From: Bacilli bacterium | GTDB lineage: Bacteria > Bacillota_I > Bacilli_A > RFN20 > CAG-826 | Direction of reading: 5' to 3' | NCBI GenBank assembly: GCA_045597865.1 | Contig: JAZLKX010000008.1 | Location: 1 to 50,275, forward strand | DNA: 50,275 nt | Part shown: piece by piece, positions 20,416 to 28,657 of the stretch | Numbering within the stretch: the first letter of the stretch is position 1 | Layout of the letters: the number at the start of each line of letters is the position of its first letter | The notes under the pieces: model-generated | What the model was told of the DNA's origin: nothing | The model's input: the letters and a program-made list of their open reading frames with translations, nothing else | The model's database searches: none | Position numbers and translations under genes: made by a program

Positions 20416-21102
20416 ATGGAGTTCGTTGGAATCGATAAATTTTCACTTCTAGACTACGAAGAAAAGGTATCTGTCGTACTATTTTCGCCAGCTTGTAATT
20501 TCAGATGTCCATTCTGCCACAATGGTGATTCAGTACTCAATTCAAACACGCCAATTCCTTTTGATGAAATTTTATATTTCTTAAAAAATAGAGTTGGTTT
20601 GATCGACGCAGTTGTTTTCACTGGTGGCGAACCTACAATGATGCCTGAACTTGAGGAAAGAATTAGAGAAGTTAAGAAACTTGGTTTCCTTATTAAACTT
20701 GATACAAACGGAACAAATCCAACAATTCTTCAACACCTCATCGATGAAGGGCTTTTAGATTACGTTGCAATGGATATTAAGAACTCTGAAAAAGAGTATG
20801 CAAAGACAACCGGATGTAAAGTTTTAAACCTTGAAAATGTGAAAAAATCCATCAAAATCCTAGTAAATTCCCAAATATCTTACGAATTTAGAACAACTTT
20901 AGTAAAAGAATTTCACACAAAAGAATCCATTACTGAAATGTGTGAATTAGTAAAAGGCGCAAATAAACTTCATCTACAAAAATTTGTTGATAGAAAAGGA
21001 GTCATACAAAAAGGCCTCCACGATATTTCTATCGAGGAAGCCAATTCGTTTAAGGATATTTTATCTGAAGCAGTTACTAATGTAGAGCTTCGTGGATATT
21101 AA
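20416..21102 (+). CDS. nrdG: Anaerobic ribonucleoside-triphosphate reductase activating radical SAM protein
   Basis: SLLDY, CNFRCPFCHN, TGGEPT, KLDTNG, AMDIK, YEFRTT; close to nrdD. Confidence 0.93.
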   Translation: MEFVGIDKFSLLDYEEKVSVVLFSPACNFRCPFCHNGDSVLNSNTPIPFDEILYFLKNRVGLIDAVVFTGGEPTMMPELEERIREVKKLGFLIKLDTNGTNPTILQHLIDEGLLDYVAMDIKNSEKEYAKTTGCKVLNLENVKKSIKILVNSQISYEFRTTLVKEFHTKESITEMCELVKGANKLHLQKFVDRKGVIQKGLHDISIEEANSFKDILSEAVTNVELRGY

Positions 21103-21998
21103 CCTAAGTATTTAACTGCTGACATAGCAGCTACAGCACCATCATTACAGGCAGTGACAACTTGTTTCACTGCTTTTTTTCTTGTGTCACCACAGGCGAA
21201 CAAGCCAGGTGTCTTAGTTTTCATATCCTCATCTGTAACAATAAAGCCTTTATCAAGATCAACTAAGTTGCTGAACTTTTCGTTATCTGGAAGTTGGCCA
21301 ATTGAGACAAAGACATTATCTGTTTTGTACTCGAACACTTCTTTGGTAACGGTATTTTGGAATACAAGACCTTCAAGTCTGTCTGTTCCAACATACTTCA
21401 TAAGGCTCATGTTGTTCATAACTTCAATGTTTTCTCTTGCGTTGACTCTATCTTGAAGGACTTTTTCTCCAAAGAATCCACCAAAGAGAGTAAACATATG
21501 AACTTTTGTACAATAACCAGAGAGAAGAAGTGCATATTGAAGAGCTGTATTTGCATCTCCAATTAAATAAACTTCTTTTCCTTTAAATAGCGGACCATCG
21601 CATGTTGCACAGTAGTAAACACCTTTGCCAATTAAGTGCTCTTCATTATCGAGTCCCATGGTTCTATGTTTGACACCATTTGCGATAATTACAGCCTTGG
21701 CTTCATAAGTGTTATAATTGCCTTTTACTGCGAAAATCTCGCCGTTTTTCTGGATATTTTCAACATTTTCGAGTTCAAACTCTGCTCCAAGATCTGTGAT
21801 TTGTTCAAACATTTTGTCAGACAATTCAAGACCAGAAATTTCCTTAATTGTAGGATAATTTTCTACCTTTGGAGAGTTAGCAATTTGACCCCCGAAATTT
21901 TCTTTTTCGAGGATCAAAACTGACTTGTTTGCTCTTAATGCGTACAAGGCGGCAGTCATTCCTGATGGACCACCACCAATGATAATAATGTCGTACAT
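21099..21998 (-). CDS. trxB: Thioredoxin reductase-family flavoprotein with degenerate NADPH site
   Basis: GGGPSG, GGQI, VENYP, CATCDG, GLFACGD; start ATG 21998, 1 nt after nrdD stop. GDANTA and MFTLF replace GGG[ND]xA and HRR. Confidence 0.9.
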   Translation of the reverse strand: MYDIIIIGGGPSGMTAALYALRANKSVLILEKENFGGQIANSPKVENYPTIKEISGLELSDKMFEQITDLGAEFELENVENIQKNGEIFAVKGNYNTYEAKAVIIANGVKHRTMGLDNEEHLIGKGVYYCATCDGPLFKGKEVYLIGDANTALQYALLLSGYCTKVHMFTLFGGFFGEKVLQDRVNARENIEVMNNMSLMKYVGTDRLEGLVFQNTVTKEVFEYKTDNVFVSIGQLPDNEKFSNLVDLDKGFIVTDEDMKTKTPGLFACGDTRKKAVKQVVTACNDGAVAAMSAVKYLG

Positions 21999-21999
21999 T

Positions 22000-24375
22000 T
22001 TATCTTCTACTTTCAATCCAACCTTTGATGTTTGATGCATTTTCGTAAACATCAAATCCGTCACCATTTGGAACTAAGAGAGTTGGTGCTGATTTAATTT
22101 CAAGCTTCTTTGTGAGTTCGACATTTTCTTCTGCATCAACCCAATCATATTCAATGCCTGCTTTTTCTAAAAGCATCTTTGACATTTTGCAGTTTGGGCA
22201 TGTCTTTGTTCCGAATAATGTTACTTTTGAAATTGTGACATCGCTTTCGCATTCTTCGCAGCAGCATTCATCATGATGTAATTCATGAGTTAAATGTGAA
22301 TTTGCTGGATCATATTCTTTACGATCTGCGAATTCTGCAAGTTTACCATCGTTCCAGTTTTGAACTGGTCTGTAGTAACCTGTAATTCTGGAGTAAACTT
22401 CTGTTTTTGCTCCACATTTTGGACAAACATATTGTTCACCTTCAATATAACCATGTTCCTTACAAATTGAGTAAGTTGGTGACATTGTGTAGTATGGAAT
22501 ATGATAGTTTTCAGCAATCTTTCTAACTAAGTTCATACATGATTTGTATGAAGGAAGTTTTTGACCAAGGAATGCGTGGAAGACTGTGCCTGATGTATAA
22601 AGTGTTTGTAATTGATCTTGAACATCAAGTGCTTTGAAGATGTCTTCTGTGTAACCAACTGGTAAGTGTGAAGAGTTGGTGTAATATGGAGTTTTTGCAG
22701 TTCCTTCGGAAGCACAGATAATGTCTGGATATCTTGCCTTGTCGTGTTTTGCTAAACGATAGGAAGTTGATTCAGCTGGTGTTGCTTCAAGGTTATAAAG
22801 GTCACCATATTGTTCTTGGTAGTCAGAGAGTCTTGTTCTCATATGATTGAGAACTGCTTTTGTAAATTCGACTGCTTCTGGATTTGTTAAATCTTTCTTT
22901 AACCAACGTGCATTTAAACAAGCTTCATTCATACCAACAAGACCAATTGTTGAGAAATGGTTGTTGAATGTGCCTAAGTAACGTTTTGTGTATGGATAGA
23001 GTCCTGCTTCAAGTAAAGTTGTAATGGTATTTCTCTTAACTTTAAGTGATCTAGCAGCAATATCCATAATCTTATCTAAGCGTGCGTAGAAGTCTTGTTC
23101 ATCAGTTGCTAAATAAGCGAGTCTTGGCATGTTAATTGTGACAACACCGACAGAGCCTGTAGACTCACCAGAACCGAAAAATCCACCGGATTTCTTACGT
23201 AATTCACGTAAATCTAAGCGTAAACGGCAACACATTGAACGAACATCACTTGGTTCCATATCAGAGTTGATATAGTTGGAGAAATATGGTGTTCCGTATT
23301 TTGCTGTCATTGTGAAGAGAAGCTTATTATTCTCTGTTTCTGACCAGTCAAAATTCTTTGTAATTGAGTAGGTTGGGATTGGGTATTGGAATCCACGTCC
23401 GTTAGCATCGCCTTCAATCATAACTTCAATGAATGCTTTGTTAACCATATCCATTTCGGCTTTGCAATCTTTGTACTTGAAGTCCATTTCTTTGCCACCA
23501 ACAATACAGTTGAGTTCTGCCATATCATTTGGAACAACCCAGTCTAATGTAATGTTTGTGAATGGTGCTTGAGTACCCCATCTTGATGGTGTATTGACAC
23601 CATAAATGAAGGATTGAATGCATTGTTTAACTTCTTTATAGCTGAGGTTATCAACCTTAACAAATGGAGCTAAATAAGTATCGAATGATGAGAAGGCTTG
23701 TGCACCAGCCCATTCATTTTGCATAATTCCAAGGAAGTTAACCATTTGGTTACAAAGTGTTGATAAGTGAGATGCTGGAGAAGAAGTAATTTTTCCAACA
23801 ACACCACCTAAACCTTCTTGAATTAATTGTTTTAATGACCAACCTGCACAGTAACCTGTGAGCATTGATAAATCATGGATGTGAATATCAGCATTTTTGT
23901 GAGCATCGCCGATTTCTTTATCGTAAATCTCACTTAACCAGTAGTTTGCTGTAATTGCGCCAGAGTTTGATAAAATCAAACCACCGACAGAATATGTAAC
24001 TGTTGAGTTTTCTTTAACTCTCCAGTCATTAACTTTTAAGTAGTTATCAATAACGTTCTTGTAGTCAATGCTTGTTTGTGAGAATTGACGTAATGTTTCA
24101 TGTTGTTTTCTGTAAACCATGTAGGATTTAGCAACATCAATAAATCCTGATTGAATTAAAACGACTTCAACTGAGTCTTGAACGTCTTCGACTGCGACTG
24201 TTTCGTCTGCTTTAATCTTTTGGTTGAAATCAGCTGTTACGCGCAACGCGAGCATCTCTATAATATCTTTAGTGTAGAACTTGTGTTCTTGCATAAATGC
24301 CTTTTCGATGGCATTTTCAATCTTTTCGATGTTGAAGTCTGTAACAGAACCATCTCTTTTTCTGATCTTAATCAT
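22000..24375 (-). CDS. nrdD: Class III (anaerobic) ribonucleoside-triphosphate reductase with N-terminal ATP cone and C-terminal glutaredoxin/NrdH-like domain
   Basis: IRKRDGS...ATP cone; HIHDL, GYCAG, SMCCRL, TPAES, CKEHG...CPKC, glycyl loop SRITGYY; C-terminal LFGTKTCPNCKM...SAPTL. Start ATG 24375 with AAGGAG RBS. Confidence 0.97.
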   Translation of the reverse strand: MIKIRKRDGSVTDFNIEKIENAIEKAFMQEHKFYTKDIIEMLALRVTADFNQKIKADETVAVEDVQDSVEVVLIQSGFIDVAKSYMVYRKQHETLRQFSQTSIDYKNVIDNYLKVNDWRVKENSTVTYSVGGLILSNSGAITANYWLSEIYDKEIGDAHKNADIHIHDLSMLTGYCAGWSLKQLIQEGLGGVVGKITSSPASHLSTLCNQMVNFLGIMQNEWAGAQAFSSFDTYLAPFVKVDNLSYKEVKQCIQSFIYGVNTPSRWGTQAPFTNITLDWVVPNDMAELNCIVGGKEMDFKYKDCKAEMDMVNKAFIEVMIEGDANGRGFQYPIPTYSITKNFDWSETENNKLLFTMTAKYGTPYFSNYINSDMEPSDVRSMCCRLRLDLRELRKKSGGFFGSGESTGSVGVVTINMPRLAYLATDEQDFYARLDKIMDIAARSLKVKRNTITTLLEAGLYPYTKRYLGTFNNHFSTIGLVGMNEACLNARWLKKDLTNPEAVEFTKAVLNHMRTRLSDYQEQYGDLYNLEATPAESTSYRLAKHDKARYPDIICASEGTAKTPYYTNSSHLPVGYTEDIFKALDVQDQLQTLYTSGTVFHAFLGQKLPSYKSCMNLVRKIAENYHIPYYTMSPTYSICKEHGYIEGEQYVCPKCGAKTEVYSRITGYYRPVQNWNDGKLAEFADRKEYDPANSHLTHELHHDECCCEECESDVTISKVTLFGTKTCPNCKMSKMLLEKAGIEYDWVDAEENVELTKKLEIKSAPTLLVPNGDGFDVYENASNIKGWIESRR

Positions 24376-24465
24376 AATTTTCTCCTTTTTTTGCGTTTTT
24401 AAAATATACTCTGCGAGCAGAGTATTTTTTACCAACACCTGGTTAAGTTTGGTGAGAATATTATA
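24376..24465 (-). promoter_or_regulatory. nrdD -10 box and structured 5' leader (two hairpins)
   Basis: TATAAT at 24465-24460; leader ACCAA-ACTT-AACC-AGGT-G-TTGGT, then AAAAAATACTCTGC-TC-GCAGAGTATATTTT. Confidence 0.55.
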
Positions 24466-24558
24466 TATAAGGTTATAAAAAAAGAAAATAGTGACTTAAT
24501 GAAAATATATACACTGTACAACTTTTTACAAAATTGTTTCGATTTTTTCAAAAGTTTT

Positions 24559-24593
24559 AAAAAAATACCCAGTTATGTTAACCAGGTATTTTT
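24559..24593 (-). terminator. Intrinsic terminator after MazG-like copy 2
   Basis: AAAAATACCTGGTTA-ACA-TAACTGGGTATTTTTTT (G-U pairs work on the minus strand). Confidence 0.8.
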
Positions 24594-24612
24594 AATGTCT
24601 ATATAATAGACA

Positions 24613-24927
24613 TTATTCATTATATTTTTTCGCAATTCCTTTAAACTTTTCTACTGGATATTTCTTTTCATTTTGATCCATTTTTGAATTAACGACTTCG
24701 TCGACATCTAATCCAAGTTTGTCGACTAGATTTTGGCAGTTGACTATAACGTCAGCTAGTTCTTCCTTAATTTTCTCAATATTAACATTTTCGTTCCATT
24801 GAAAACATTCAAGTAATTCGGTACCCTCAATTGCAATTGTCTTAGCAAGTGCGTTTGGAGTATGGTATTTATCCCAATCGCGATCTGCTGTAAATTTACG
24901 AATTCTTTGTATTGTTTCTTCTTTCAT
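24613..24927 (-). CDS. MazG-like (dCTPase-type) nucleotide pyrophosphohydrolase, copy 2
   Basis: DRDW..YH...LAKTIAIE..ELLE.FQW...EELADV...KMDQNEKKYP; start ATG 24927 with GAGGT RBS and TG-C-TATAAT. Confidence 0.88.
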   Translation of the reverse strand: MKEETIQRIRKFTADRDWDKYHTPNALAKTIAIEGTELLECFQWNENVNIEKIKEELADVIVNCQNLVDKLGLDVDEVVNSKMDQNEKKYPVEKFKGIAKKYNE

Positions 24928-24997
24928 AGATATCAACCTCAAATATATTATAGCAAAATTAAAAATTTTTGCTAAAATATTACCCAGGTGATACAAA

Positions 24998-26683
24998 ATG
25001 GAACAAGCAATTTACGAAAAATACGAATCCTGGTTGAACGAAATAACCATCACTCCTTCTGAAAAAGAAATTCTTAAGAATTTCTCTCAAGAAGAGATTG
25101 AAAGTTGTTTTGGTGCAGACCTTGAATTCGGCACCGCTGGTATTCGTGGCGTTATGGGTGTCGGAACAAACAGAATGAACATTTATGTTGTAAGACAAGC
25201 AACACAAGGACTAGCAGAATATTTACTCGCTAATTTTAAATCTCCTTCAGTTGCAATTGCTTATGACTCAAGAAACAACTCTGAAAAATTTGCAAAAGAA
25301 ACAGCGTCTGTTTTAGCAGCAAATGGAATCAAAGTTTATATTTATAGAGAATTAATGCCAGTTCCAGCACTTTCGTTTGCAGTTAGAAAACTTAAAACTT
25401 CAGCAGGTGTTGTTATCACCGCTTCTCACAATCCAAAACAATATAACGGTTACAAAGTTTATGGTTCAGATGGATGTCAAATGACACCAGCTGCAGCCAA
25501 GCAAGTTTTGGAAAATATCCGCAAAATACCAGTGTTTTCTGGCGTAAAACGCAGTACTTTCGCAATTGAAATGTCAAATGACCGTATCGCTTACATTCCA
25601 GAAAAAGTTATTGAAAAGTACTATGCCTCAGTTCTTAAACAATCGATTCTTTCGCCAAAAGAAGATGATAGGGTTTTAAGAATTACATACACTCCACTTC
25701 ATGGATCAGGACTTAAACCAGTTACAACAGTTCTCAATCGTGATGGATTTAACTTAATTGATATTGTTGAAGAACAAAAATATCCAGATGGAGACTTTAA
25801 TACATGTCCATATCCAAATCCAGAACTCAAAGAAGCTATGGAACTTGGAATTAAGTTAATGCTTGAAAAAGAAAATGACTTATTAATTGCAACTGATCCA
25901 GATTCTGATAGAGCAGGCGTTGTAGTTAATAATAGAAAAACACCAGTAATCTTAACTGGAAATGAAATAGGAATTCTTCTTTTTGACTTTATAGTCAACG
26001 CTAGACTTAAATCTCACAAAATGCCAAAGAATCCAGTTGTTGTTAAAACAATTGTTTCAACTGATTTAATTAACATTATGGCAAAGAAGTGTGATGTTAA
26101 AGTTATTGATGTTCTTACAGGATTTAAATATATCGGCGAACAAATTCACTTGCTTGAAGAAAAATCTAACGTTAAGAGATTTATTTTAGGCTTTGAAGAA
26201 TCCTGTGGATACTTAACAAATCCTGCAGTTAGAGACAAGGATGCTGTTAATGCAATGCTTCTAATTTGTGAAATGGCTAACTACTACAAACATAGAGGCG
26301 TTACATTAGTTGATAGACTCGAACAACTTTATAAAGAATTTGGAGACTACAAAACAGTAACACTTTCATATCAATTTGAAGGACTTGATGGTAAAGATAA
26401 AATGGCTGATATTATGGCTAACTTCAGAAAGCCAGAAATTCAAAAAATCCTTGGAAATGTCCAATATATTGGCGATTATCTCCAACAAAAGCTCATTTTT
26501 TCAGATCATGAAGAACCAACTAATTTACCACCATCAGACGTTATCAAAATGTTCCTTGATGATGCAGAAACCGTAACAATTCGTCCATCAGGAACTGAAC
26601 CAAAAGTTAAAGCTTATATCTTCGCTCATGGTGAAGAAAGAGTTGAAGCTCTAAAACATATAATCGATAACTTAATGAAGTAA
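24998..26683 (+). CDS. Phosphoglucomutase/phosphomannomutase (alpha-D-phosphohexomutase)
   Basis: FGTAGIRG, TASHNP, DPDSDR, GFEES, RDKD, RPSGTEPK. Confidence 0.95.
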   Translation: MEQAIYEKYESWLNEITITPSEKEILKNFSQEEIESCFGADLEFGTAGIRGVMGVGTNRMNIYVVRQATQGLAEYLLANFKSPSVAIAYDSRNNSEKFAKETASVLAANGIKVYIYRELMPVPALSFAVRKLKTSAGVVITASHNPKQYNGYKVYGSDGCQMTPAAAKQVLENIRKIPVFSGVKRSTFAIEMSNDRIAYIPEKVIEKYYASVLKQSILSPKEDDRVLRITYTPLHGSGLKPVTTVLNRDGFNLIDIVEEQKYPDGDFNTCPYPNPELKEAMELGIKLMLEKENDLLIATDPDSDRAGVVVNNRKTPVILTGNEIGILLFDFIVNARLKSHKMPKNPVVVKTIVSTDLINIMAKKCDVKVIDVLTGFKYIGEQIHLLEEKSNVKRFILGFEESCGYLTNPAVRDKDAVNAMLLICEMANYYKHRGVTLVDRLEQLYKEFGDYKTVTLSYQFEGLDGKDKMADIMANFRKPEIQKILGNVQYIGDYLQQKLIFSDHEEPTNLPPSDVIKMFLDDAETVTIRPSGTEPKVKAYIFAHGEERVEALKHIIDNLMK

Positions 26684-26685
26684 TT

Positions 26686-26716
26686 AAAAAGTGCTCATCG
26701 CGAGCACTTTTATTTT
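26686..26716. terminator. Bidirectional intrinsic terminator
   Basis: AAAAGTGCTC-ATCGC-GAGCACTTTT between convergent genes. Confidence 0.88.
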
Positions 26717-26718
26717 GA

Positions 26719-27627
26719 TTATTTTTCAATAAATTCTAGGAAGTCTTTGAGAACTGAATCTTTATCTGTTTCATTATGAATTTCATGTCTCATATTTGGA
26801 TAAAGTTTTAATGTAACATCTTTGATTCCTAATTTTTGATACATCTTAACAAGTTTGGTTGGTCCTTTTCCTTTATGACCAACTGGGTCTTCAGTACCTG
26901 CTGGAACAAGAATTTGAAGATCTTTATTAATCTTATTAAGGAATTTACCTTTGTACAATCTATGATTGCCTTTTAAAAGTTCTCTATAGAATCCATTTGA
27001 TGAACCTTTGCCACATTTTGGATCTGCAATGTATCTTTCAACGTTGCCTTTATCATAAGATAACCAATCACAATCTGTTTCTCTATGTTTAACTGATTTT
27101 GCATAGGCTCCAATAGCAAGTGATCTAAGGAATTTACCTTTCTTGTTTTCGCCACGCATTTTGCAAACCAATCTAGCAAGTTGATAACCAATTGAATAAG
27201 TAAACTTACTATTTGGACCATCTGTACCACAGATAATTGCTTTGTTGGCGTGTTTTGCGTAACGTTGAATGTAGTCTTGAACGATAAATGAACCCATTGA
27301 ATGTCCAAAAACAATAACTGGAAGTCCCTTAATTGCATATTTCTTAACTAAATCATCAAGAACTCTAACAAACTTAGAGAATGCTGACCTTGGAACAATA
27401 CCAAGTTCATCTAAATTTTGTACGTTTTCACCTTGACCATAATAGTCAATTGAATAAACGTTGTATTTGTTCTCATTAAAGAAATTGGCAAAGAAATCAT
27501 ATCTCTCTGCATATTCTTCCATTCCAGTAGCAATAAAAATGCATCCCTTAGGTTGTTCTACTTCCCAAGCGAATCCAGAAAGAACATCATTATTAACCGT
27601 CTTAATGCTGATCAATCTTTTGCTCAT
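26719..27627 (-). CDS. Lysophospholipase-like alpha/beta hydrolase (Hydrolase_4)
   Basis: GMEEYAERY, GHSMGS, DWLS, EDPVG, RHEIHNE. Confidence 0.88.
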   Translation of the reverse strand: MSKRLISIKTVNNDVLSGFAWEVEQPKGCIFIATGMEEYAERYDFFANFFNENKYNVYSIDYYGQGENVQNLDELGIVPRSAFSKFVRVLDDLVKKYAIKGLPVIVFGHSMGSFIVQDYIQRYAKHANKAIICGTDGPNSKFTYSIGYQLARLVCKMRGENKKGKFLRSLAIGAYAKSVKHRETDCDWLSYDKGNVERYIADPKCGKGSSNGFYRELLKGNHRLYKGKFLNKINKDLQILVPAGTEDPVGHKGKGPTKLVKMYQKLGIKDVTLKLYPNMRHEIHNETDKDSVLKDFLEFIEK

Positions 27628-27637
27628 ATGCTACCTC

Positions 27638-28657
27638 CTATTTTTCATATCCTTTTGGATTGTGTTTTTGCCAGTTCCAAGAGTCACGGCAACAATCCAC
27701 AATTGTGTACTTAGTTTTGAATCCTAATTCGCGATAAGCTTTGTCTGCATTTGCATAACAAGTTGCTATGTCACCAGGTCTTCTTTCTACTATCTTATAA
27801 TTGATTTTTAACCCGTTTGCTTTTTCAAAAGAATGGACCAAATCTAATACTGAAGTACCTACCCCGGTGCCTAGATTATACACTAATAACCCGGGGGCGT
27901 GTGCGATTTTTTTAAGTGCAAGCACGTGTCCGATAGCTAAATCAACTACGTGAATGTAATCGCGAACACCTGTTCCGTCAGGTGTATCGTAGTCATCACC
28001 AAACACTGAAAGTTGTGGTAGTTTGCCTATGGCAACTTGCGTAACATAAGGCATTAAATTATTAGGTATTCCTTGTGGGTCTTCTCCCATTAATCCAGAT
28101 TGGTGAGCACCTATTGGATTGAAGTAACGTAAAATTATAAAATTCCATGAATTATCCGTACCGTGTAGGGCCTTAAGCATGTTTTCTATGCGATATTTAG
28201 TCTCTGCGTATGGGTTAGTTGTAGCCCCAACTGGATCTTCTTCATAAATTGGAACTCTCTTTGGATCACCATAAACAGTTGCACTTGATGAAAAAATTAA
28301 GTTCTTACAACCATGCTTTTCCATGACCTTGAGAAGTACTTCAGTTGAACCAATATTGTTATCAAAATATAGCTCTGGGAATTTGCATGATTCACCCACT
28401 GCTTTTAGTCCTGCAAAATGGATGACAGCGAAGATGTTGTTTTTTTCAAAAATCTTTTCCATTTTTTCTTCATCACGAACATCATTTTCGTAGAAGATTG
28501 GACGCTTACGAGTAATCTTTTCAATTCTATTTAAAACTTCTGGTTTGGAGTTACATAAATTATCAACAATAATTGGTTCGTAACCTGCTGAAATAAGTTC
28601 AACACAAGTGTGTGAACCAATGTAACCCATTCCGCCTGTAACTAAAATCTTTTCCAT
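27638..28657 (-). CDS. galE: UDP-glucose 4-epimerase
   Basis: TGGMGYIGSH, HFAGLKAVGES, SSSATVYG, YAETK, RYFNPIGAH, RDYIHV. Confidence 0.97.
   Translation of the reverse strand: MEKILVTGGMGYIGSHTCVELISAGYEPIIVDNLCNSKPEVLNRIEKITRKRPIFYENDVRDEEKMEKIFEKNNIFAVIHFAGLKAVGESCKFPELYFDNNIGSTEVLLKVMEKHGCKNLIFSSSATVYGDPKRVPIYEEDPVGATTNPYAETKYRIENMLKALHGTDNSWNFIILRYFNPIGAHQSGLMGEDPQGIPNNLMPYVTQVAIGKLPQLSVFGDDYDTPDGTGVRDYIHVVDLAIGHVLALKKIAHAPGLLVYNLGTGVGTSVLDLVHSFEKANGLKINYKIVERRPGDIATCYANADKAYRELGFKTKYTIVDCCRDSWNWQKHNPKGYEK

Noticed and set aside
21999-22067. Apparent 68-nt overlap of trxB with nrdD, and similar N-terminal extensions on pepC, DJ-1, nrdD, gatA, tsaD, ung and others
   Set aside because: Artefacts of longest-ORF calling; downstream ATGs fit SDs or family N-termini.
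24455-24475. Possible NrdR box (ATATTATATATAAGGT)
   Set aside because: Lacks the conserved C and G of acaCwAtATaTwGtgt, and no second box was found; AT-rich chance match overlapping the -10.
24437-24587. 10-bp inverted repeat ACCTGGTTAA/TTAACCAGGT flanking the nrdD promoter region (possible invertible switch or MITE)
   Set aside because: Short, each arm is explained by a local hairpin, and there is no recombinase or target-site duplication.
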